A stretch of 64,000 nucleotides of DNA from an uncultured Verrucomicrobiae bacterium (GTDB lineage Bacteria; Verrucomicrobiota; Verrucomicrobiia; Chthoniobacterales; Chthoniobacteraceae), in the NCBI GenBank assembly GCA_963828525.1, contig CAWHEP010000010.1:1-64000 (forward strand), in the 5' to 3' direction. The position numbers and the translations under genes are program-made. This document shows positions 54,696 through 64,000 of the stretch, one piece after another. Positions within the stretch are counted from its first letter, which is position 1, and each line of letters begins with the position of its first letter. The notes beneath the pieces were generated by a model. That model did no database searches. It was not told the origin of the DNA and saw nothing but the letters and a program-made list of their open reading frames with translations.

Positions 54696-56078
54696 TCAAA
54701 GATCAAATATCTTCCCCGGGTTCAGTATGTTCGCGGGGTCGAGCGTTTGTTTGAGTTGTTTCATCATGCGCAGGCTCTCCCGCCCGATAGCCCCTGGTAA
54801 AAAACTCTTCTTGGCCAACCCGACCCCGTGCTCCCCGGTGATAGTCCCCCCCAAGGCGACCGCAAATTCAAAAATTTCCCGCATCGCTCCCTCCACACGC
54901 TCCATCTCTGGCTTGTTCTTCTCATCCGTCAGGAAAGTCGGATGCAGGTTACCGTCTCCCATGTGTCCAAAGACGGCGATCTTCAGGTCGAACCTCACCG
55001 CCGCTTCCTGGATGAAGTTGATCATCTTCACCAACTCGCTCCTCGGCACTGTGGCATCTTCCAGGATCGTTGTGGGAGCGATTCGCGCCAGCGCCGAGAA
55101 TGCCGAACGCCGCGCCATGGAGAGTTTTGCGGCCTCCTCTTCCGAAGCCGCCGCCTGCACGGACAACGCGCCATTTTTGCGCGCGATCTCCTCCATGGCC
55201 GCCATCTCCTCGCCCACTACGACGGGGTGCCCATCCGCCTCCATTAACAGAATCGCTTTGACATCCATCGGCAGCCCGGCTCCCGTGTATTCCTCGACGC
55301 ACCGGATCGTCGTCTCATCCAGGAACTCCAGCGCGCATGGCACTATCCGCCGCGCTATGATCTCCGACACAGTGGCCGCCGCGGCATCCATGCGCCCATA
55401 AGTCGCGAGCAGCGTCCCCCGCGCGGCGGGCTTTGGCAGCAGTCGCAGGAGTATCTGAGAAATAACGCCCAGCGTCCCTTCCGATCCGATGAACACATCC
55501 TTCATTGAATACCCCGCCACATCCTTGACGCACTTGTTCCCCATCCGCGCGATCTCGCCTCCCGCGAGCACGACTTCCAGTCCCATGACGTAATTGCGCG
55601 TTATTCCATATTTTAATCCCCGCAGCCCTCCTGAGTTTTCCGCGACGTTTCCGCCAATTGTCGAGATCTTCATTGATCCAGGGTCCGGTGGATACAACAG
55701 GCCCGCCGCTTCCGCCCTCTCCGCGATTGTCTGCGTGATTACGCCCGGCTCGACGAGGAGCGTCATGTTTTCCGAATCCAGCTCAATCACCCGATCCATC
55801 CTGACGAGGCAAAGAACAATGGAACCAGGCGCCGGCACGCTGCCCCCACTCAAGCCGGTTCCTGAGCCGCGTGTCACCACAGGTAGTCTCTCCGACTGCG
55901 CATATCGCAGGATGCCGGAAATCTCCTCTGTATTCTCCGGGAAGACGACGCAGAGCGGCAACTCGCGCAGAACCGCCGTTGCGTCGAAGCTGTAGGGCAC
56001 GAGATGCTCCCTCTCCCAGAGCACACGTTCGCGCCCTAGCAGCCGGGTGAGGTCGGAGACCGCTTTGTTACTGCCCAT
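54696..56078 (-). CDS. glcD: FAD-linked oxidase, GlcD/D-lactate dehydrogenase type
   Basis: RGSGTGLSGG, YPPDPGS, TIGGNVAENSGG, GSEGTLG, GHMGDGNLHP, TGEHGVG, LDPANILNPGK. Confidence 0.88.
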   Translation of the reverse strand: MGSNKAVSDLTRLLGRERVLWEREHLVPYSFDATAVLRELPLCVVFPENTEEISGILRYAQSERLPVVTRGSGTGLSGGSVPAPGSIVLCLVRMDRVIELDSENMTLLVEPGVITQTIAERAEAAGLLYPPDPGSMKISTIGGNVAENSGGLRGLKYGITRNYVMGLEVVLAGGEIARMGNKCVKDVAGYSMKDVFIGSEGTLGVISQILLRLLPKPAARGTLLATYGRMDAAAATVSEIIARRIVPCALEFLDETTIRCVEEYTGAGLPMDVKAILLMEADGHPVVVGEEMAAMEEIARKNGALSVQAAASEEEAAKLSMARRSAFSALARIAPTTILEDATVPRSELVKMINFIQEAAVRFDLKIAVFGHMGDGNLHPTFLTDEKNKPEMERVEGAMREIFEFAVALGGTITGEHGVGLAKKSFLPGAIGRESLRMMKQLKQTLDPANILNPGKIFDL

Positions 56079-56094
56079 CGAGTGACATGTTGCT

Positions 56095-58500
56095 ATGCTA
56101 TTTCTGGTGACGCAACTCTCTCAGCCGCCGCTCCAGCGCGACCCTGCCTCTCCGCGTCGCCGCCCCTTGCGAGGCTTCGCGGCGTTCCTGGCGCGCGGGC
56201 TCATGGTTGCGGCTTGTATTTCTCTCGTCTGGGGCGGCTGGTACATCTCCAGGCGGGGCCTCGGCAGGCGCTCGCGTCAGTTCGTCATCTCGGAGTTTAA
56301 AAAGCGCGGCGTGGATGTCTCCATCCAGCGCCTCACCCTTGATCCCTTTCACGGAGTCATTGCCCAGGATGTCGAAATCGTCGACGCCCGCAATCCGCGC
56401 AGGACTCTCGCGGCCATCAACCGTCTCGCCCTCGACATAAACTACTCAAATCTCTTGCGCGGCAAACCCTTCCTGGACGCGGTTGACCTCCACAACGCAA
56501 GGCTGGCTCTTCCGCTCGATTCCTCCGACGAGGACAGCCCCGCCATCCATATCTCAGGTTTGAACGCTCGCCTCTTGTTCCCGCCTCATCAGGTTTACGT
56601 GCCTCAAGCCGAGGCAGACTTTTACGGAATTCACATCTCAGTCTCGGGCCGTCTCGCCAACCCCGAGAGCTATAGCCCTTCTCCTCCGCCGCGTAGCGGG
56701 GAAGAGGTGGGTAGAGGCGAGATTACCCAATCCATCCTCGATGAGCTTAAAAAGATCGTGTATCACGCTGAGCCTCTTCAGGTAAATGTCCAGTTCACTG
56801 GCGATTTGGCGCAGCCTCGCTCCCTGTTTGTCAAAGCATCCTGCTGGGGCGGCGAAATCAGTCGCGATGGCTATCAACTTCAGAGCTTCTTCGCAGATGT
56901 CATTTTTCGAAATGGCATCCTCGACCTGAGAAAGCTTTCCGCCTCCGACGCGACCGGCTCTCTGGAGGCAGGGGGCACCTACGACGAGGCCGGGAAAACG
57001 GCCCACGTCCATCTTCACTCAACGCTCGATCTGCCCAGGTTCAACCGCTCTACGCGCCTTCTCCCGGCGCTCCAACAGTTGAACTTCGCCTCGCCACCCA
57101 CGGTTGACCTCTCTGGCGACGCCCGTTTTTCCCCCTTCACGTTTCTTTCAGTTGGCAGTCTTGCCGCGGGGAGTTTCTCACTCGGAGCCGTTCCTTTCGC
57201 ATCTCTGAATGCGGATTTTTCCTTCGATGGCGAGCGCTGGCTTATCAGTGGCCTAAGGGCAAGTCACGCCTCGGGCCAGCTTTCAGCCGACGTTATGCGC
57301 ATGCCGGGAGATTTACGGCTGCGACTGCAAAGCAGCCTGAATCCCAACGCTCTTTTTCCACTACTCCCGTCGCGCCTTGCCCGGGCGCTCGGCACCCTTG
57401 TCTTCGCGCAATCCCCCTTCATCCGCCTGGAAGCGCGAGGCGCGTCTACCGATCCGCATACCTGGAATGCTTCCGGCGAGGTACGTCTCAGGCGCGCCGT
57501 TTACAGAGGCGTGTCGCTCAAGTCGGCTGCCGCCAGTCTTCATTTTGACAATATGATTCTTGCCGGTGATCACTTCAGGATCGAACGCGATGAGGGCAGC
57601 GGCGCGGGTGCTTTCTCATATGACTTTACGAGGCACGAGGTTCGACTCACGGGAGTCAAAGCCACTCTGAATCCCGCGGAGGTCACGGCGTGGATAGATC
57701 CCATGGTGATGAGAAACGTGGCCCCCTACCACTTCAAGGCGAGCCCCGCGGTTGCCGTGAATGGCACCGTTCAACTCTCCGGAGGCACGAATACCAACCT
57801 TGAGATCGTCGTCGACGCGCCCTCTGGAATGAATTATCTCTTTCTCAGGAAAAATCTGTCTTCATCGAGCATCTCAGGCCGCTTGCTCTTCACCGAAGAT
57901 CGCCTCCAAATACTTGACCTGGATGCCGCTCTTTTCGAAGGCAGGGTGCGAGGCGGGGCGGACATCTCCCTTGCCCGGCACGATCCGCGGTTCTCCGCGC
58001 GCATAGAGGCAAGCGATGTCGATTTCGAAAAACTTGCCGAACTTTACTTCGACTACTCCGATTCCAAAGGCGTTCTCAATGGACGCTACGACTTCACGGG
58101 CTTTGGAGATGACGCCCGCGCCATGAAGGGCCGTGGCGAGGTGACTGTCACCGATGGAAATGTATTTGCCATTCCGATTTTCGGACCCCTTTCCGGATTT
58201 TTGAACGAGGTCGTACCGGGCGTCGGTTACAACGTGGCTCACAAAGCGTCCGCCACTTTCGACATCAAGGATGGCGTCATCGACACCCGTAACTTTGTCG
58301 TAGACGGCCGTGGCTTCACCATGCTGGGAGGCGGCAGGGTGCATTTCCTGGACGACAAGCTAAACTTCGACATCCGGCTCAACGCGAAGGGCCTTTCAGG
58401 CGCTCTTCTGTTTCCCGTAAGCAAGCTTTTTGAATATACCTCGTCAGGGACTCTCTCCAGGCCGGCATGGCGTCCAAAGCGGCTCCCGCTACCCAGGTGA
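56095..58500 (+). CDS. AsmA-like (AsmA_2/YhdP C-terminal) envelope protein
   Basis: Single N-terminal TM, long beta-rich body, C-terminal G.G.V.F....L.FD.R...KLFEY...GTL..P.W. Confidence 0.75.
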   Translation: MLFLVTQLSQPPLQRDPASPRRRPLRGFAAFLARGLMVAACISLVWGGWYISRRGLGRRSRQFVISEFKKRGVDVSIQRLTLDPFHGVIAQDVEIVDARNPRRTLAAINRLALDINYSNLLRGKPFLDAVDLHNARLALPLDSSDEDSPAIHISGLNARLLFPPHQVYVPQAEADFYGIHISVSGRLANPESYSPSPPPRSGEEVGRGEITQSILDELKKIVYHAEPLQVNVQFTGDLAQPRSLFVKASCWGGEISRDGYQLQSFFADVIFRNGILDLRKLSASDATGSLEAGGTYDEAGKTAHVHLHSTLDLPRFNRSTRLLPALQQLNFASPPTVDLSGDARFSPFTFLSVGSLAAGSFSLGAVPFASLNADFSFDGERWLISGLRASHASGQLSADVMRMPGDLRLRLQSSLNPNALFPLLPSRLARALGTLVFAQSPFIRLEARGASTDPHTWNASGEVRLRRAVYRGVSLKSAAASLHFDNMILAGDHFRIERDEGSGAGAFSYDFTRHEVRLTGVKATLNPAEVTAWIDPMVMRNVAPYHFKASPAVAVNGTVQLSGGTNTNLEIVVDAPSGMNYLFLRKNLSSSSISGRLLFTEDRLQILDLDAALFEGRVRGGADISLARHDPRFSARIEASDVDFEKLAELYFDYSDSKGVLNGRYDFTGFGDDARAMKGRGEVTVTDGNVFAIPIFGPLSGFLNEVVPGVGYNVAHKASATFDIKDGVIDTRNFVVDGRGFTMLGGGRVHFLDDKLNFDIRLNAKGLSGALLFPVSKLFEYTSSGTLSRPAWRPKRLPLPR

Positions 58501-60336
58501 CACTCCAGAGCCCTTCCGCTCCGCAAGATAATCCTGTATCTCCTTTACAAACACGGCTCCAAATTCACGGCGCTTTTGCTCGCCCACTCCGATCACTTTG
58601 CCAAACTGCTCATCACTGACCGGGTAGTCGCGGGCCATCACCCGCACCGAAACATCCGAAAAAATAACATACGCAGGCACCTCCCTCTCGTCCGCCAGCC
58701 GTCTTCGGAGATTTCTGAGACGCTCAAAAAGGGCTTCATCACACGCGATCTCCCCCTTCCTCTGTTTCGTGGACGCGGCCCCGGTGTCATCCGGCTTTGT
58801 CAGGACAATCGTTCTCCGCTCCTTTAGAGCCGCCATCCCTTCCCTGGTGACTTCCACCACCGCGAACTTCTCCGTGGATTGCCGAAGGTATCCGAGCCGG
58901 ATCAGTTCCCTTCCGATCACCTGCCACCCGGCTTTCTTCATCTCCTTCCCAATCCCAAAGGCGGAGACGCTGTCGTGTCCCCACTTTCTCACTGCCTCTG
59001 TCATCCCCCCGGTTAACACTTCGATCACGTGGTTCAATCCGAAACTGAACCCCGTCTTCGCCTTGATCCGGTAAGCGCACGACATTAATTTCTGCGCCGC
59101 CACTGTCCCGTCGAAGGTCGCGCGCGGCGAAAGACAGTTATCGCAGCCGTCGCATTTGCCTTCCGGCCATGTCTCTCCAAAATACGCGAGGAGGTTGGAC
59201 CGGCGACAGTCTCCCGACTCGGCGTAATGCACCATCTTCTGCAGCTGCTCCCGCGCGAATCTCTGCTCCTTTGGATCGGGTTTTTCATCGATGAATTGCG
59301 TCTGCTTCACCACATCCCCCGCGCTGAAAAGCAGCACGCATTCGCTGGGTAGTCCGTCCCGGCCCGCGCGCCCCGTCTCCTGGTAGTATCCTTCGATGTT
59401 CTTCGGCAGATCGTAGTGCAGGACGTAGCGCACGTTCGGCTTGTTAATCCCCATCCCGAAAGCGATCGTCGCGCACACCACGCGCGCGCTGTCGCGCAGG
59501 AACGCTTCCTGGTTCTTCGCCCGCTCCTTGTTCGTCAACCCCGCGTGATACGGCTTCGCCTTGATCCCATCTTTCGTCAGCCTCCCGGCCACGCTGTCCG
59601 CGCTCTTGCGGCTCTGGCAATAGACGATGCCGCTCTCTTTGGGATGCGCTCGCACATACTTCAATACCTGCTCATACGGCTGCGCTTTCGCGATCACCTT
59701 GTAGAGCAGGTTTGGCCGGTTGAAGCTCGCCACGTAGCTGCCGTTCCCCTTCAGCTTTAGCTGCCGGAAAATATCCTCCCGCACCCGCTCCGTCGCGGTC
59801 GCCGTCAGCGCCATCAATGGCACCTCCGGGAAATGCTTCCGCAACTCCGCGAGTTGCCGGTACTCAGGTCGAAAATCGTGTCCCCATTCGCTGATGCAAT
59901 GCGCTTCATCCACCGCGATCAGGTTCACATTCCATTGCCGGGCATGTTCCAGGAAACCCGGCAACATCAACCGCTCGGGCGCGACGTATAGCAGCCGATA
60001 CCGCCCCGCGTATAAATCCCTGAAGCGCGACTTCCCCTCCCCGGCCTCAACCGTGGAATTCAAGCACGTCGCCGCAACTCCGCTCGCCGTAAGCGCGTCC
60101 ACCTGATCTTTCATCAGGGAGATCAGGGGCGACACTACGATCGTGAGACCGGGCCGCGTCAGCGCGGGCAGTTGAAAGCACAGGCTTTTCCCACCGCCTG
60201 TCGGCAGCAACGCCATCACATCCTTGCCTTCCAGCGCGTCCCGGATGATCTGCTCCTGCAATGGCCGGAACGTGGAAAAGCCGAAATATTGCTTGAGAGC
60301 GAGCAGCAGGGGATCCGAAGCGCGAGCGTCGCTCAT
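58489..60336 (-). CDS. recQ: ATP-dependent DNA helicase RecQ
   Basis: PTGGGKSLCFQLP, VDEAHCISEWGHDFRP, ATIAFGMGI, YYQETGRAGRDG, Zn-RQC (CRR..C..CDNC), HRDC. Confidence 0.97.
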   Translation of the reverse strand: MSDARASDPLLLALKQYFGFSTFRPLQEQIIRDALEGKDVMALLPTGGGKSLCFQLPALTRPGLTIVVSPLISLMKDQVDALTASGVAATCLNSTVEAGEGKSRFRDLYAGRYRLLYVAPERLMLPGFLEHARQWNVNLIAVDEAHCISEWGHDFRPEYRQLAELRKHFPEVPLMALTATATERVREDIFRQLKLKGNGSYVASFNRPNLLYKVIAKAQPYEQVLKYVRAHPKESGIVYCQSRKSADSVAGRLTKDGIKAKPYHAGLTNKERAKNQEAFLRDSARVVCATIAFGMGINKPNVRYVLHYDLPKNIEGYYQETGRAGRDGLPSECVLLFSAGDVVKQTQFIDEKPDPKEQRFAREQLQKMVHYAESGDCRRSNLLAYFGETWPEGKCDGCDNCLSPRATFDGTVAAQKLMSCAYRIKAKTGFSFGLNHVIEVLTGGMTEAVRKWGHDSVSAFGIGKEMKKAGWQVIGRELIRLGYLRQSTEKFAVVEVTREGMAALKERRTIVLTKPDDTGAASTKQRKGEIACDEALFERLRNLRRRLADEREVPAYVIFSDVSVRVMARDYPVSDEQFGKVIGVGEQKRREFGAVFVKEIQDYLAERKGSGVSPG

Positions 60337-60463
60337 TTTTCGCAATATACTCATCCTGTATGCCGATCCAATCTCAAGGCCTCGGGTTTGGGAAGCCACG
60401 AAAGCTGCCCACTCCTCAAAAGATTGCCTTGAATCACCGCCCGTTCAGTGGCTTGGTGTCGCC

Positions 60464-60724
60464 GTGACCACGAACCTCGAGGACGAAAAAAGCCGCCTCT
60501 GGCTTATGTATCCCGCCCGGCTCATCACCCGCCCCATCGTCTATGAGCTCGGGAAGCAATTCCCCGTCATCACCAACGTTCGGCAGGCCAGCGTGACCAC
60601 TGAAGTTGGCATCGTCTCTCTGGAAATCGAAGGCAAGCGGGCCGACATCTCAGCTGCCATCGCCTGGCTCGAAAGTCTCGGCGTCAAAGTCGAGCCGGTC
60701 GAGATCAACACCATCGAAGGCTGA
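60464..60724 (+). CDS. Stand-alone NIL-domain protein
   Basis: RLWLMYP..LI..PIVYEL...F...TNVRQASV....GIV.LE.EG....I..AI.WL...GV.VEP. Confidence 0.75.
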   Translation: MTTNLEDEKSRLWLMYPARLITRPIVYELGKQFPVITNVRQASVTTEVGIVSLEIEGKRADISAAIAWLESLGVKVEPVEINTIEG

Positions 60725-60769
60725 CACCCCGTCGATTAGCGTTAGCGTTTGGCTCCGTTGCCAGAAGCA

Positions 60770-61873
60770 TCACTTCACGCCCCTCGCGATCACAGCTTCT
60801 TCCTGCACCAGGTCACCCGCCTTCTGTAAGCCCTCTTTGAACGCCCTGCGCAATGCCGCGTCGTCCATGATAATCATGTCGGTGTCGCGGTGACGATTTC
60901 CGTCATTCTCCCAAATCTCGTTCCACCAGCAGAATCCCGCCACGCGCGGCCATCGCTTGCTGAACAGATCAGCCAGGGAGTCCGCCGCCCACTCGCTCGC
61001 TTTCACGCGGGGGTTCCCTGACGCGCAGCCGAACTCGGAAACAAGCACGGGCTTTGTGGGAGCCAGTTTGGTGAGGCGGCCGTAAACAGCGTCCATCTGC
61101 GTCCTAAACTCCGGAAGGTCTTCTTTCTCGAAAGGCGTCCTCGCGCCGTAGTCGCTCACGCCAATCCAATCAATAAAATCATCCCCGGGGTAGTAGTTCT
61201 CCAGGCTATTCCACGCCGCTTCCGGTTCATCACTGTTATTGATGTGCCACACCCATGTGATGTTTGCCGCGCCTGCCGCCCGCATTGTGGTGATCAACCT
61301 CCGGTAGGCGGCGACGAAGCATGCCGGCCCGCCTCCCTCGGTTCCGCCGCTGCTCTTTCGATACCACGAGGCATTCCAGGGAAACCACCGGGCGTTGCAC
61401 TCAATCCCCCACTCGACCATCACAGGTGACCCAAACGCCCGGGCTGCGGATGCCCATCGGGTGAAGGCTTCATCGAACTTGCCGGCGGCTATAGCAGGCA
61501 CAGTGTAGTGGGTCTCGCGTTTCCCCTCCTCCGCTTCCGACCATGTCATCAGCCGGATATACGGGACCTTGCCTAGCTGGCGAATCCACTCGCAGGCGCG
61601 GACGGGAAACTCCTCTCCTTCGAACCACTGTTGCGAAAAATAGACATACGCCGCCTTCTTTCCGACCGCTGCCTCGTAGCGCGCGACATCGGCCGGAGTC
61701 ACGTTGTGTTCCAGCGCCTCATGGCCGCTGCTGGGCCGGCCATCGTAAAAGAATCCGTTATAGAGCTTCCCACCGGGCGGAGCGATAACCTGGCCGCCAG
61801 TCTGGGAGTATGCCGGAGCCGTTATTAGCATGGCCGCCCACAGGAAGCGCCTGGCAAAATAACCGCTACTCAA
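60770..61873 (-). CDS. Glycoside hydrolase family 26 (beta-mannanase-like)
   Basis: GKFDE, WGIECNARWFPW, NITWVWH.N, YYPGDDFIDWIGVS.YG, KPVLVSEFG. Confidence 0.85.
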   Translation of the reverse strand: MSSGYFARRFLWAAMLITAPAYSQTGGQVIAPPGGKLYNGFFYDGRPSSGHEALEHNVTPADVARYEAAVGKKAAYVYFSQQWFEGEEFPVRACEWIRQLGKVPYIRLMTWSEAEEGKRETHYTVPAIAAGKFDEAFTRWASAARAFGSPVMVEWGIECNARWFPWNASWYRKSSGGTEGGGPACFVAAYRRLITTMRAAGAANITWVWHINNSDEPEAAWNSLENYYPGDDFIDWIGVSDYGARTPFEKEDLPEFRTQMDAVYGRLTKLAPTKPVLVSEFGCASGNPRVKASEWAADSLADLFSKRWPRVAGFCWWNEIWENDGNRHRDTDMIIMDDAALRRAFKEGLQKAGDLVQEEAVIARGVK

Positions 61874-64000
61874 AACTCGATGGGAGGCGGAGGCTCTATC
61901 TTGATCTCGCCCGTTTGCGCGGGTTGGTCCACGGGTCGCGCCACTTCCGCGCGCCTCACCTCTATCTCCTTCGGCGAAGAAGAGGGGCCGGCCGCCGATC
62001 CGCTCGTAACCGTTCCCGGAGCCGCTCCGGATTGCGCGCTCATCATAGTGTCGGCGGACTTCACGGACTTGTAGGGGTCATCCCCGCCAGTGATCGTGGG
62101 AGCCTGTATCTTCACCGCCGCGACGCCGGTGAGATCCACCGCGAGCGCAGCGCGTGGCCACTGTTGTTGACCCTTCGCCGGAGCGGAAGCGGGATTCGGC
62201 GTGGTGGTGCTCGTGTCTGCGTTTACTGGAATCGCCCTCGGGGCTCCATGGACGTCGCATGTCATGCGCGGAGCCTGATCCTCGGTGCCGATCTCGTAGT
62301 AGGCCGTGGAATGCTTCATCACCGTCCCCGCCGCCTTGTCAGTTAATGTTTCCACGCACTCGTCGGTGGCGAGCAATCCCGAGCTATGGCAGATCTTGAA
62401 ACGATGGATGGCGTCTGGCTGCGCGATTTCCTTCGGCTGGTATTTCGCGAACGTCGCGTTCATCAAATCCACCCAGATCGGGAGTGCCACCTCGTTGCTG
62501 AAGGCGCCTCTGTAAATCGGACGCGGCTTGTCAAAGCCCACCCACACACCGCAGGTGACCGCGCTGCTATACCCCAAAAACCAGTCGTCCGTGAAATTGT
62601 AAGCGGTGCCCGTTTTCCCGCCCAAAGGGAACTTCTTCAGGCCGTAGTCCGAGTACGCTTTGTCCCCTGTGCCGCGATCCAGCACATCCGAAAGGCAGGA
62701 GTGGATCTCGTAGGCGGTCGTTTCTTTCAACACACGCCGCTTGGCTGGTTGCGCTCTATACATCACTGTCCCGTCCCGCTCCTCGATCGCGGTGATCAGG
62801 AACGGCTTCTTCGGCCTCAGGCCGCCATCGGGAAAGAGCGTGTACGTCAATGTCATGTCCATAAGCGTGACTTCACTGCTGCCAAGATATGTAGCAGGAA
62901 AGCGTCGCAGCGGATTCTGAATACCGGCCTCTTTGGCAACAGCGATGACTTTGTCGATGCCAGTCTGCATCCCGACACGGACGGTCGCCGAATTCTTCGA
63001 TTTCACCAGCGCTTCCCTCGCGGAGATGGGCCCCTCATAGCGATTGTCCAACCTTTCCGGACCCCACTCTCCGAGTATTCCCGTCATCCCACCGATCATG
63101 ACCTGCCGGTTATCGATGATGGCGTCCTGGAACAGAGCGCCTGGAAAAAGCCCCGCCTCAAAGGCTGCGGAGTAAACGAGTGGTATGAACGCGGTCCCAG
63201 CCGGTCGCGCGGCGAGAGTCGCCCGGTCGGTACTGGCTGTGCGAGAAGTCTCTGCCACCCACCAGCGCGAGAATTCCGCCCGTCGAGTTATCCAGCGCCA
63301 CCACGGAGCCTTGCAGATAGTCTGGCGCGGGCAGCGCCGTTGCATCTTCGCTCTCCCCCTGCTTCCTGCCATGTTGCCGAAACAGGGCTCCGTACTGGGC
63401 GTACGTTTGATACGCGTACCCATTCCTGTTTTCGATCTCTCCCAGCCTTCGCTGCAACGTCTCTTCGGCCTTCTTTTGCAGTTCGGCGTCGATCGTCGTG
63501 TAAATCTTGTATCCATCGCTGATCGCGCTGTTCCTTCCAACCTGTGCCACAACCTGCTGGCGGATTGCGTCGATGGTGTACGAGTCGATATGCACCGCCT
63601 TGCGGCTCTTGATTGCCGGGATCTCCGCCAATCCCCCCTGATACTCCTCCTGCGTGATCAGTTTCTGCTCCAACATTCGGTGAAGCACAAAGTCGCGCTG
63701 GGTGACGCACGCCTGCCGGTTTGTCCAAGGAGAAAGGTTTTCTGGACTCTTCAGCAGCCCAGCAAGCATCGCGCACTCTCCAAGACTCAGATTCTTCGCC
63801 GGCTTTCCGAAATAGCCTCTCGACGCCGCTTCGAGACCATAGAAGCCCGCTCCGAAATAGACGCGATTCAGATAAAGCTCGACGATCTTCTCCTTGGAAA
63901 AATGGCGCTCGATCTCCAAGGCCAGGAACACCTCCAGCACCTTCCTCTTATACGTTCTTTCCCGCAGCGCGAATGTGTTGCGAGCCAGTTGCTGCGTCAG
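61870..64000 (-). CDS. Class A penicillin-binding protein (PBP1A); 5' end outside the window; frameshift near 63225
   Basis: TQQLARN, RK.LE...A..IE, LYLNRVYFG; transpeptidase region ALVGGRDF, SKN, GGKTGT. Confidence 0.92.

Overview
Bacterial chromosomal segment of roughly 60-65% GC (by eye). Gene content and style suggest Verrucomicrobiota, probably Chthoniobacterales/Spartobacteria-like; this is an inference. Many single-base indels break even essential genes (accD, folC), so most frameshifts are treated as long-read consensus errors. The left ~17 kb is a signalling-rich, partly decayed accessory block: a ~15-repeat poly-HAMP hybrid kinase, a single-domain DxDD class II terpene-cyclase-like gene, deletion-fused remnants (AraC, aldo-keto reductase, SDR, RND) and several PAS kinases/response regulators. 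From 18 to 31 kb are housekeeping genes (hisF, DUF4912, xerC-like, P-II, HU, infA, AEC, CPBP, comF, accD, folC, recD2, two Hsp20). From 31 to 64 kb are eboE, a solute-binding protein, GH31, a sugar-acid cluster, vsr, a two-component system with degP, sdpR/sdpI, a Cys-less LOV-like kinase, glcD-like, asmA-like, recQ, GH26 and PBP1A. The best candidate for an undescribed system is at 39.8-42.0 kb. It is a predicted Sec-exported FN3 protein ending in a BECR-type (CdiA-CT/pyocin-like) RNase toxin domain. It is translationally coupled to a CxxC/CxxC immunity-like domain fused in frame to a beta-carbonic anhydrase, followed by an FMN reductase. No rRNA, tRNA, CRISPR array or transposase was seen.
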